11,866 nucleotides of DNA from Candidatus Eiseniibacteriota bacterium (GCA_043810925.1 JBDRNT010000117.1:1-11866), one strand, 5' to 3'. Counted from the stretch's first letter, positions 1 to 7,039 are shown. A program made the numbers and translations. The notes: generated from the letters alone by a model not told the origin.

Positions 1-172
1 AAGCACACTTCGGAGGTATCAGCGAATTCGTTATCAAAGGCTCCGACTACGAGGGAAGAACTGAACTACGAAGAGAGATCCAGAAATACCTCCGATGGAG
101 AAACGCCAATCCATCGGACAAACGCATCAAGAGGGCCGAGACAAAACACCAACTTTACGAGACACGGCACTA
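1..172 (+). mobile_element. Right end of an IS630-family element: putative right terminal inverted repeat ~148-170 followed by a TA target dinucleotide at 171-172
   Basis: The transposase ORF runs into ...ACTTTACGAGACACGGCAC|TAG, so the stop codon uses the TA within a CTAG (170-173). TA target duplication is established for IS630/Tc1/mariner. The left IR is outside the window, so IR length cannot be confirmed. Confidence 0.6.
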
Positions 173-173
173 G
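1..173 (+). CDS. IS630-family transposase, C-terminal fragment (5' end outside window; not in the ORF track)
   Basis: Frame from base 3 reads AHFGGISEFVIKGSDYEGRTELRREIQKYLRWRNANPSDKRIKRAETKHQLYETRH*, with TAG at 171-173. The (E)AHFG...SD...YLRWRNAN pattern resembles the C-terminus of IS630-family DDE transposases just after the catalytic Glu (...NPIEAHFG). Confidence 0.75.
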   Translation, partial: AHFGGISEFVIKGSDYEGRTELRREIQKYLRWRNANPSDKRIKRAETKHQLYETRH

Positions 174-190
174 CGCCACGTACCGGCACT

Positions 191-2035
191 TCAACGCCGC
201 ATGGCTGGGACGTCGGTTTCTCGCTCTTCTATCGCCGGCACCGGCATGACGGGGAAGTAAAGAATAAACTCCGTCCCTGTTCCGACGTCAGAGAAGACAT
301 CATAGTAGCCTTTGTGATCCTTCATGATGCCATAGACCACCGCCAACCCTAAACCGCTGCCGCTGGCTGCCATTTCCTTGCTTGAATAGTAAGGCTCGAA
401 GATGTTGCCAAGGATGTCGGGATGTATTCCCACGCCGGTGTCGCGGATCCGCAGCACTATGTAGTCACCGGGCTCAACATCGCCATAGCCTCCCAGCAGG
501 GCCTCTGTGTATCTTTGCGACGTTTCAATTATGAGTTCGCCACCGTCCGGCATCGCTTCATAGGCGTTGATGACAAGGTTCATCACGACCTTTGAGAGGT
601 GGGACGATGAGCCGGATATCTTAGCGATGCCGCTGTCGAGATTGAAGGAGAGGACGACGTCCGGACGTTCTGTTGAGATCTGTATGAAGCCGGGGGAGTC
701 CAAATAGGCTTCGACAACCTCGTTCAGGTCCGTTGGGCCCATCTGGTATCTTCCCCGCCGGGCCAGGGTCAGCAGGTCCTGAATCACCTGGGCAGCTGCC
801 TGGGCGGCGGTACCTATGCGACCGATCTGTTCTCTGAATGGGCTGTCCTCCGGCATCCTTCTCAGTATTATATCCGGGTAGCCCACCACCGGCCCCAGCA
901 TGTTGTTCAGATCATGGGCCACGCCACCGGCAAGAATCCCCAGGGACTCCATTCTACGGGCACGCTCGAGCTGTTCCTGCAGGGCCACGCGCGCTTGGCC
1001 TTCCTCAAGAGCCTTCTCATGCCAGGTGTTGAGCTGCCTCTCGGTTCTGGTGAGGATTGCCACCAGGATCAAGAACAATCCAGCCCCGACCACTATCAGA
1101 ACCGCGCTGATAGCCAGAACTGTCGCGCGTCCGGCAGCCATCTGGGCGGATACATCGTAGAGCACAATGGTGGTGCCGATCCTCCCTCTCGCCACATCGT
1201 GCAGTGGAAAGACGGCCGCTGCCAGCTCCCGGTCCCCAAGCGATACGTCGGCGATCACCTGCCGCACGAGAATCTGCTCTGACTGGAGCAGATCCGCTAT
1301 CCTCGGGGGGATCTCATCGATTGTACCGCCGATTACGACACGCGTGGCAAACCGATCCCAGGAGGCCTCGCGATCAAGCATTTTGAGGCCTCTCTGCCAC
1401 CGGTTGCGATCAAGGAATTCCTTCTGGATTGCCACCAACACATCGACGGCCAGAATGTCGCCGATGTCCTGCGCAATATGGTCTATCTCCTGGGTTAGCT
1501 CGATGTAGCCCAGCAGGTTGCCATCAGCGTGCCAGGGGTGTACCACTCGCAGCGAGAATATACCCATCGACCCAAGCTCGATACCGGAAGTCGGTTCGCC
1601 GGTCCGTTGACACTCGGTCAATGTCGTACGGTCTACCTGATCCCCGAACTTCTTCGTCCTCTGGGTATTGTGGACACGGATGAAATTGACCCTGTCGGGA
1701 TCGTGTAGATACATCTGCGTGATGTGGCCCTTGACAAGCAGGGTATCGAACAGACCGGAAAGATGTTGCCTGACTGCGGTTCTGTCCCTGCTCTTCCATG
1801 CAGCCTCGAGCAGCCGATCATGCTTGATGATCTCGATCATTCCGTCGAGTTTGCCTGTACGGGCTTGCTGCTGCTCCGCGTAGAGCTTCTCAAAGTAGTC
1901 GAGCCGGTTCTTGACCTGTTCAGATATGTTCTTGTGTTGGAGATGGTAGATCTCGAGCACGCATATAGCCAGCAGGACAAGGATTGACGCAATCATGGCA
2001 GCGAGAATGCGCTGCCGGAGCTCATAAGTTCTCAT
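191..2035 (-). CDS. Membrane-bound sensor histidine kinase (TM - dCache_3-like periplasmic sensor - TM - HisKA - HATPase_c), no receiver domain
   Basis: 614 aa. TM1 ILAAMIASILVLLAICVL; dCache_3-like motif LHDPDRVNFIRVH...GDQVDRTTL...TGEPTSGIELGSMGIFSLRVVHP...LLGYIEL; TM2 VLAISAVLIVVGAGLFLILVAIL; H-box LAGGVAHDLNN; N-box VMNLVINAYEAM; G1 IRDTGVGI; F box IFEPYYSSK; G2 GSGLGL. Confidence 0.93.
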   Translation of the reverse strand: MRTYELRQRILAAMIASILVLLAICVLEIYHLQHKNISEQVKNRLDYFEKLYAEQQQARTGKLDGMIEIIKHDRLLEAAWKSRDRTAVRQHLSGLFDTLLVKGHITQMYLHDPDRVNFIRVHNTQRTKKFGDQVDRTTLTECQRTGEPTSGIELGSMGIFSLRVVHPWHADGNLLGYIELTQEIDHIAQDIGDILAVDVLVAIQKEFLDRNRWQRGLKMLDREASWDRFATRVVIGGTIDEIPPRIADLLQSEQILVRQVIADVSLGDRELAAAVFPLHDVARGRIGTTIVLYDVSAQMAAGRATVLAISAVLIVVGAGLFLILVAILTRTERQLNTWHEKALEEGQARVALQEQLERARRMESLGILAGGVAHDLNNMLGPVVGYPDIILRRMPEDSPFREQIGRIGTAAQAAAQVIQDLLTLARRGRYQMGPTDLNEVVEAYLDSPGFIQISTERPDVVLSFNLDSGIAKISGSSSHLSKVVMNLVINAYEAMPDGGELIIETSQRYTEALLGGYGDVEPGDYIVLRIRDTGVGIHPDILGNIFEPYYSSKEMAASGSGLGLAVVYGIMKDHKGYYDVFSDVGTGTEFILYFPVMPVPAIEERETDVPAMRR

Positions 2036-2046
2036 TGTGAGCGCAG

Positions 2047-3327
2047 TCAGTTGTTCGACGCACCAGGCGTAGGCGCATCGAATACTTGCCAGCTATCACT
2101 CCCATCCGGATGGCGGCCAAAGGACGTGTCCGCGGACTGCGGTCCGAAGGTCACTGTGTCAATTACAGCATTACCGTAGATGTCGGCCGTGAACAGGCCG
2201 ACCTGTTCACCGTTACCGCTCAGCTTGAGCTCAACATGCAGGATTCCCTGCTCACTCTCCTTGTCCGCCCACAGCACAAGAAATCCCCCGGGTGGTATGC
2301 TCGTCGAATCCGGCGCTGTTGCCGGTATTTGCCAGGCTGTCGGTGCTGTAAGATCGTCCGTGATGTACATTCCCCCGATGTCCACTGTCGTGCCATCGGC
2401 GTTGTATATCTCGATGAAGTCGTCGTGATCGCCGAACTCGTCGGTGCAGCACGAATCGTTGCTGGCCAGGAACTCGTTGATGCGCAGTGCTGGTGGAATG
2501 TGAGCCGAGGCCAGGGAGATATACGAATAGTATGTTGATGGTGCCCCCGATGGATCGACACTGCTCTCGGAGGAATCGTCCGCCGCCTCTATGTAATATT
2601 TGACAACTGCCGAGTCGGGCATGGCGGGAATCGCTGCCTCGAACTGGTCGCCACCGATCGATGTCATCGGAGCGTCAACATACGCTGTCCCGGTGGTATC
2701 GAAATGGAGGACGACCGATTGGAGCCCATAGTCATCGGTAACCGTCGCAGTGATCACAACACCGTCCGCCGGGGTTGGGGACTGGGGGGATCTGGTCACC
2801 GAGCTGATATCGGGTGGTGCATTGGGGGCTATGCCGTCATTGGCGGCTCCCCGCGTAGGTGTAGTCAAGACGGTCCACTGGTCAGATCCATCCGTCATGC
2901 GGCCATATGAAGTTCCCTCGTCAAGCGCAGGAAATGTGACGGTATCGATCAGATTGTGAGAGCCATCTTCCAGGAAGATTGATTCTCCACCTGCGGAAAG
3001 CTTGAAATTGGTGTTTAATCCCGTTCCGAGATCGTCGCAGTCCAGCACAAGATACCCCCCGGCGGGTACAGTCGTGCCTGCCGGCAACGAATATTCGTCG
3101 TCCGCTGTTCCATCGTCGTAGACAAGAAAGCCGCCGACGTCGATTGCGGTGTCGTTCGGATTGTAGATTTCCACCCAGTCCGGATCTCCCCTGGACACGA
3201 GCTCGTTGATAAAGAGAACGACGTCCGAATCCGATCCGTGTGTCCGAACGGGACCGTCGCCGACACACCTGATTGCGAGAAGAGAAAGAAGTGCCAATGC
3301 TGTAAGCAAATACCTACCTCTGGTCAT
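2047..3327 (-). CDS. Secreted (possibly lipo-) protein with two lamin-tail domains (LTD) flanking an Ig-like domain
   Basis: 426 aa. N-terminal signal ending LLAIRC. LTD motifs occur twice: LFINEL...DWVEIYN...IDVGGF...NFKLSAGGESI...SYGR...PTRGAAN and LRINEFLASN...DDFIEIYN...VDIGGMYITDD...LKLSGNGEQVGL...SFGR...PTPGASNN. Central beta-rich domain VITATVTDD...YYIEAAD. G-rich SD (GGGGGG) upstream of the ATG. Confidence 0.85.
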   Translation of the reverse strand: MTRGRYLLTALALLSLLAIRCVGDGPVRTHGSDSDVVLFINELVSRGDPDWVEIYNPNDTAIDVGGFLVYDDGTADDEYSLPAGTTVPAGGYLVLDCDDLGTGLNTNFKLSAGGESIFLEDGSHNLIDTVTFPALDEGTSYGRMTDGSDQWTVLTTPTRGAANDGIAPNAPPDISSVTRSPQSPTPADGVVITATVTDDYGLQSVVLHFDTTGTAYVDAPMTSIGGDQFEAAIPAMPDSAVVKYYIEAADDSSESSVDPSGAPSTYYSYISLASAHIPPALRINEFLASNDSCCTDEFGDHDDFIEIYNADGTTVDIGGMYITDDLTAPTAWQIPATAPDSTSIPPGGFLVLWADKESEQGILHVELKLSGNGEQVGLFTADIYGNAVIDTVTFGPQSADTSFGRHPDGSDSWQVFDAPTPGASNN

Positions 3328-3357
3328 GAGAATCCCCCCGTTTGCGTAGTATGGCTC

Positions 3358-4578
3358 TCAAAAGCAGACCTGAAATCGCGTTTGAAAAAACTCGAAATCA
3401 TCGTCTCCCTGTAAGCGGCCACGCCCATCGGCATAGGCGTCGTTGTTGACAATGACGAAATTGCACATCAAACGTACATTCGCGTTGGGATACCAGTTGA
3501 CTCCAATTGTGACGTTTTCCGCTTCACCGCCTGTGATTCCGGCATCCCAATCGTTGAGGTCGAGCCAGCTGTAGCGGACTGCGAACTCACAGGCACCGGC
3601 CCAGCCTTCGGGCTCGATGTCACCGAATTCTGCCTCCTGAGCAAGGTACGGCCTTGGTTTGCCTGTGATCAGCCAGCTCAGGTGTGCGTATGCACCCTGG
3701 AAACTCACATCGGGTGCACCGCCTGTCCTGACGACATCCAGTTGCAGGTACTCACTCTGAACCGAGAGTCGACCGATCGAAGCGGCCTGCTCAAGGCCGA
3801 TTGCCCTTGTGTACTCAACGTCCGGGATACTACCGGTGTCCAGGAACCGCGATCGGTAAACATGCGTTTCAGGGCGTGTCCGGAGGCGAACGTGGCTCTG
3901 ACCCGTGTCCTCTGCATCCGGTGTGCGACGCGTGGCCGCCGCACCCAGGTGAAACACCCTGCCCTGTTTGTTTATCGGAGCGACGGCAATGCGCCCTGTA
4001 ACAGCGTAGCCCTGATCCTCTGCGGTGTGATCATCTCCGATGTCCTGCCCGAACATGCCCGCGGCTGCAAACCATCGGCTTCCGTGGCGCGAGATTGCAA
4101 GACCCATCTGCCGGCCGGGGGTAAGTGCGGAGGGCAAGCTCCGCTCCATGAAGGGGATACGCCTGGAACTGGTCAGCCGTTCCAGGCCGAACGGCTCTTT
4201 GAAATTCCCGACCTTGACACTCGTGCTGCCCGTCATCCAGCTTATCCAGGCATCCTCTACATCAGTCTCATTGCCGGCGAAATCTATGTCGAACTCAGCG
4301 TTCCAGGTTTCCCATAGCCTGGCTTTGATTGCGAACCTCCCACGCCGGAGTTCGATTCCATTGGATAGCTCGTTCTTGTTCTCGGCATAGAAGGCAGCGT
4401 CGAGGTAAAGGCGGGCGTCGAACCGCCAGGCGAAACTCGAATCCTCGGATTCGAACGAGAGGGTAGTGTTGGGCACACTGTTGGAGGGCCCTGCTGCCAG
4501 CACAACCTCAGCCGGCATCGAGCATGCCCAGACAATCAAGGCCGTAAGACCTGTAAGTGTGGTCTTTGAAACCTTCAT
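3358..4578 (-). CDS. OprO/OprP-family (phosphate/polyphosphate-selective) outer-membrane porin
   Basis: 406 aa. Signal peptide; family motifs ELRRGR, KVGNFKEPFGLERLTSS...FMERS, RLRTRPE, FQGAYAHLSWLITG, CEFAVRYSWLDLND, TIGVNWYPNANVRLMCNF; C-terminal Phe typical of beta-barrel OMPs; SD AAAGGGA upstream. Confidence 0.92.
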   Translation of the reverse strand: MKVSKTTLTGLTALIVWACSMPAEVVLAAGPSNSVPNTTLSFESEDSSFAWRFDARLYLDAAFYAENKNELSNGIELRRGRFAIKARLWETWNAEFDIDFAGNETDVEDAWISWMTGSTSVKVGNFKEPFGLERLTSSRRIPFMERSLPSALTPGRQMGLAISRHGSRWFAAAGMFGQDIGDDHTAEDQGYAVTGRIAVAPINKQGRVFHLGAAATRRTPDAEDTGQSHVRLRTRPETHVYRSRFLDTGSIPDVEYTRAIGLEQAASIGRLSVQSEYLQLDVVRTGGAPDVSFQGAYAHLSWLITGKPRPYLAQEAEFGDIEPEGWAGACEFAVRYSWLDLNDWDAGITGGEAENVTIGVNWYPNANVRLMCNFVIVNNDAYADGRGRLQGDDDFEFFQTRFQVCF

Positions 4579-4665
4579 ACATCCCTTTTAGAATTCGGAG
4601 CCGCCAAAAAACTGTTTGTGTGTCGCACTGAACTCCGGGTGATATCCCAGAGCCCTCCAATCGTT

Positions 4666-4694
4666 CTATCGGCATGCGTCTGACCGAACCTGAG
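4666..4694 (-). promoter_or_regulatory. Candidate sigma28 (FliA/WhiG)-type promoter for the porin operon
   Basis: Minus strand reads C-TCAGGTTC-N12-GCCGATAG versus consensus TAAAGTTT-N11-GCCGATAA. It lies ~90 bp upstream of the porin ATG in the correct orientation. Confidence 0.4.
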
Positions 4695-5002
4695 TGTAAA
4701 GCACGACCCTTGGTGACGAAGCAAGTGCGAGGGAGGATAGGAACAGACCGATGAATGAGGTCAAGGGTTTCGGGAATGAGATCCTGCTGGCGACACGTGG
4801 CCAGGGAGGACGGTAAAGGCATCTCCGGACTCCGCCCAATGTTCTCCACCGGGGACAATGAAGTTGCGACGACTGCTTTACGGGTGTAGACTGCTACCTA
4901 AGTGGGACCGGATCCCTGACGAGTAATGGTATGACGCTCGCAGGGATATCCGATTAAGTGCTCTTACTCGTATGTCGTTAGATACATAAAGAGGGGCTCA
5001 CC

Positions 5003-5557
5003 ATGGCGACACGTCCTACACTGGAAACCAAGAGACTTGTCTTAAGACCGTTTGAGCTAAAGGACGCGGCCGATATCCAGAGGCTGGCCGGGGATCGTGC
5101 AGTTGCGGATACCGTGCTCAACATCCCGCATCCCTATGAGGATGGGATGGCGGAAGAGTGGATATCCAGCCACCAGGAGAACTTTAACGAGGATAAGGGC
5201 GTGACGTTTGCGGTTATCAGCAAAGAGGGTGGCCATCTCATGGGTGCGATAAGCCTTATGGGAATCAGCCGGAGGTTCTCAAGGGCAGAGCTCGGGTACT
5301 GGATCGGCAAACCATACTGGAACCAGGGATTCTGCACCGAGGCCGGAGAGACTGTTCTCAAGTATGGTTTTGAGGAAATGGGTCTGAATCGCATCTTCGC
5401 GTCACACTTCTCCCGTAACCCGGCGTCCGGCCGTGTGATGGCAAAGCTCGGTATGCAGCACGAAGGATGCCTGAAGCAGCACATCAGGAGATGGGACCGA
5501 TACGAGGATATGGTTTATTGCGGCATCCTCGCCGATGAGTGGAAAGGCCGCGCCTGA
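5003..5557 (+). CDS. GNAT N-acetyltransferase, RimJ/RimL (Acetyltransf_3) family
   Basis: 184 aa. PTLETKRLVLRPF start, AELGYWIGKPYWNQGFCTEA (acetyl-CoA loop), NPASGRVMAKLGMQHEG; SD GAGGGG upstream. Confidence 0.93.
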   Translation: MATRPTLETKRLVLRPFELKDAADIQRLAGDRAVADTVLNIPHPYEDGMAEEWISSHQENFNEDKGVTFAVISKEGGHLMGAISLMGISRRFSRAELGYWIGKPYWNQGFCTEAGETVLKYGFEEMGLNRIFASHFSRNPASGRVMAKLGMQHEGCLKQHIRRWDRYEDMVYCGILADEWKGRA

Positions 5558-5733
5558 TGAAAGACTACTGCCCCTTTGACTGTCCGAAGAAGAAGGAAAA
5601 GATCTTTATCTGCCTGAAACGCTACTTCAGCTTCATTGAGAAGTACTGCCCCGTCTTCAACTTCACTGAAGAAGAAAAAGAAGAGTTCTTTAAAGAAATG
5701 GAACGCCAGAGCAGCAAGTACCAAAAGCCCTGA
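5557..5733 (+). CDS. Small (58 aa) cysteine-containing hypothetical protein, translationally coupled to the GNAT gene
   Basis: TGATG stop/start overlap at 5555-5559. Product MKDYCPFDCPKKKEKIFICLKRYFSFIEKYCPVFNFTEEEKEEFFKEMERQSSKYQKP. Many codons end in C/G despite an A-rich composition. Confidence 0.55.
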   Translation: MKDYCPFDCPKKKEKIFICLKRYFSFIEKYCPVFNFTEEEKEEFFKEMERQSSKYQKP

Positions 5734-5761
5734 GCCTCTCCTCGTTCCGTCCCCACTTCAC

Positions 5762-5790
5762 TTGACAATCCTGCAGCCCTGGTGTAAAAG
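5762..5790 (+). promoter_or_regulatory. Candidate sigma70 promoter for the 5871 gene
   Basis: Perfect TTGACA (5762-5767), 17-bp spacer, TAAAAG (5785-5790; imperfect -10). Strong SD AAAGGAGG at ~5858-5865 before ATG 5871. Confidence 0.45.
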
Positions 5791-5870
5791 CAAAGTGCAT
5801 GGTCATACCAGAACAATCTGGGCTCTGAGTTGCGAATACCCGAGTTACACTCGCCGAAAAGGAGGCCGCA

Positions 5871-6827
5871 ATGCCTATCCTTGATGCCGCAGTGGCGTTT
5901 GCCCTGACAATGCTTGTTGTGGCGACCCTCGTCACAGCGATAATCCGCATCCTCCAGATGGCTCTCAAATCCCGTGCGAAGGGGCTTCAGGATATGCTCG
6001 ACCGGTACTTCACGATGGAAGTTGTTCCTGTGGTCAGGCGAGAGACACAGCGGCTACACAAGAAGCTTCGGCCGGGAGTGGCTGAGAATCTGGTCAAGAC
6101 GGCTTCCGAATTCGGTAAGGACGACCTGGTCAGCGAGGGTGACCTGGACACCTTGGCGGAGTACTTGACTGAAGATCTAACGGAGTCCCTGAAGCGGTCG
6201 AATTTCGGTGCGACGCTTCTGTCAGAGCTGGGAAACGACGCCCAGACCGTTTTCGATGAGCTGGCCACGCGCTACGATGTCGTCGGCGAGAAATGGACGA
6301 AGTCGTTTCGTGAAAGCTCGAGAAAGTGGGCTGTCGTTGTTGCGGTCATTCTCGCAGCAGCTGTCAATATAGACAGCATCCACATCGCGAGTACCTACAT
6401 CAGGAATGAAGGTATGCGTGAGGGTGTCGTCGCGAAGTTGGACGGAATCGTGAAGGAGTATGAAGACGCCGTCGAGTCCGCTGCAGAGACCCAGGGCGAG
6501 ATGTCCAAGCAAGCCCTCATACAAGCTGTCAGTACAACTCGAGCGCAGGTCGACTTGCTTGCGAGCACCGGCTTCCCCATAGGCTGGTCGTACTTCCCGT
6601 ACGCCGATTTGATGGGCAAGCCACCGAAGGAGTTCAAGACGAGGAATAGCGGGGTGAGCTGGGGTCTGTGGGGTCTGGGAATCGTGGTCACGGCAATCCT
6701 GGCCGGACTCGGCGCACCGTTCTGGTATGACACGCTCACCGGCATCTCCCACGCAGCCCAGCGCGCCAGCGCAGCAAGGAAGCCCGATAGCTGTAAGGTA
6801 GTGGCCCAAGAGCCTGACGGCCCATAG
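5871..6827 (+). CDS. Uncharacterised multi-pass membrane protein ('LGAPFWxD' type)
   Basis: 318 aa with a strong SD. Hydrophobic segments at the N-terminus (AAVAFALTMLVVATLVTAII, then RAKGL), the middle (WAVVVAVILAAAVNIDSI) and the C-terminus (FPIGW...WGLWGLGIVVTAILAGLGAPFWYDTL). I recall this motif set from a widespread hypothetical family; function unknown. Confidence 0.8.
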   Translation: MPILDAAVAFALTMLVVATLVTAIIRILQMALKSRAKGLQDMLDRYFTMEVVPVVRRETQRLHKKLRPGVAENLVKTASEFGKDDLVSEGDLDTLAEYLTEDLTESLKRSNFGATLLSELGNDAQTVFDELATRYDVVGEKWTKSFRESSRKWAVVVAVILAAAVNIDSIHIASTYIRNEGMREGVVAKLDGIVKEYEDAVESAAETQGEMSKQALIQAVSTTRAQVDLLASTGFPIGWSYFPYADLMGKPPKEFKTRNSGVSWGLWGLGIVVTAILAGLGAPFWYDTLTGISHAAQRASAARKPDSCKVVAQEPDGP

Positions 6828-6930
6828 GCTAATACGGTTCACAAATCTGCCAGGATGTGGTTGTCGCTGAGTCAAATACGCAGAGATGCGTAAATGCCGT
6901 CATGGCGCTGCTCCGGGATGCTCAAGGAGC

Positions 6931-6960
6931 TTGAAATACACCCTCTTCTTGCGGTATAAT
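6931..6960 (+). promoter_or_regulatory. sigma70-type promoter of the protease gene pair
   Basis: TTGAAA (6931-6936), 18-bp spacer, perfect TATAAT (6955-6960), ~80 bp upstream of ATG 7040. Confidence 0.6.
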
Positions 6961-6961
6961 G

Positions 6962-6989
6962 GAAGGGTCTCGGGGGCCTTTCTTTTTTT
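6962..6989 (+). terminator. Intrinsic (Rho-independent) terminator-like hairpin
   Basis: Stem GAAGGGTC (6962-6969) / GGCCTTTC (6975-6982) with two G-U pairs and a 5-nt loop, followed by seven T (6983-6989). Confidence 0.5.
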
Positions 6990-7039
6990 GTAGCGGGTGC
7001 TTTAACGGGGGCTTAAAACGCCCAAGAGGGGTGCGGTGG

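Noticed and set aside
95-352. 85-aa plus-strand ORF
   Set aside because: It is out of frame with the transposase tail, spans the IS end and is antisense to the kinase; it has no recognisable motif.
3682-4317. 211-aa ORF antisense to the porin
   Set aside because: Shadow ORF of a well-supported gene in GC-rich DNA, with no motifs.
4579-4760. Pho box upstream of the OprO/P porin
   Set aside because: No CTGTCAT-like or TT(A/T)ACA direct repeats at 11-bp spacing were found by eye.
4896-4983. Integron attC site / gene cassette: GTTAGAT (GTTRRRY) at 4977-4983 just before a GNAT gene
   Set aside because: No RYYYAAC inverse core upstream (nearest is ACCTAAG), the hairpin is not centred between the candidate cores, no second attC follows the gene, and there is no integrase in the window.
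5539-5556. GTG start for the small Cys ORF given in the ORF track
   Set aside because: The TGATG-coupled ATG at 5557 is the more plausible start.
5003-5733. GNAT toxin-antitoxin module
   Set aside because: The GNAT is RimJ/RimL-like rather than AtaT/TacT-like, and the small partner is downstream and shows no ribbon-helix-helix features.
6222-6875. 217-aa minus-strand ORF (likewise 7703-8260, 10506-10934, 11351-11680 and the other short overlapping ORFs)
   Set aside because: They are antisense or alternate-frame to clearly identifiable genes and show no protein-family features.
6959-7039. 27-codon N-terminal extension of the C1 peptidase given in the ORF track
   Set aside because: It overlaps the -10 box and terminator hairpin. 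ATG 7040 has a purine-rich SD and begins a proper signal peptide.
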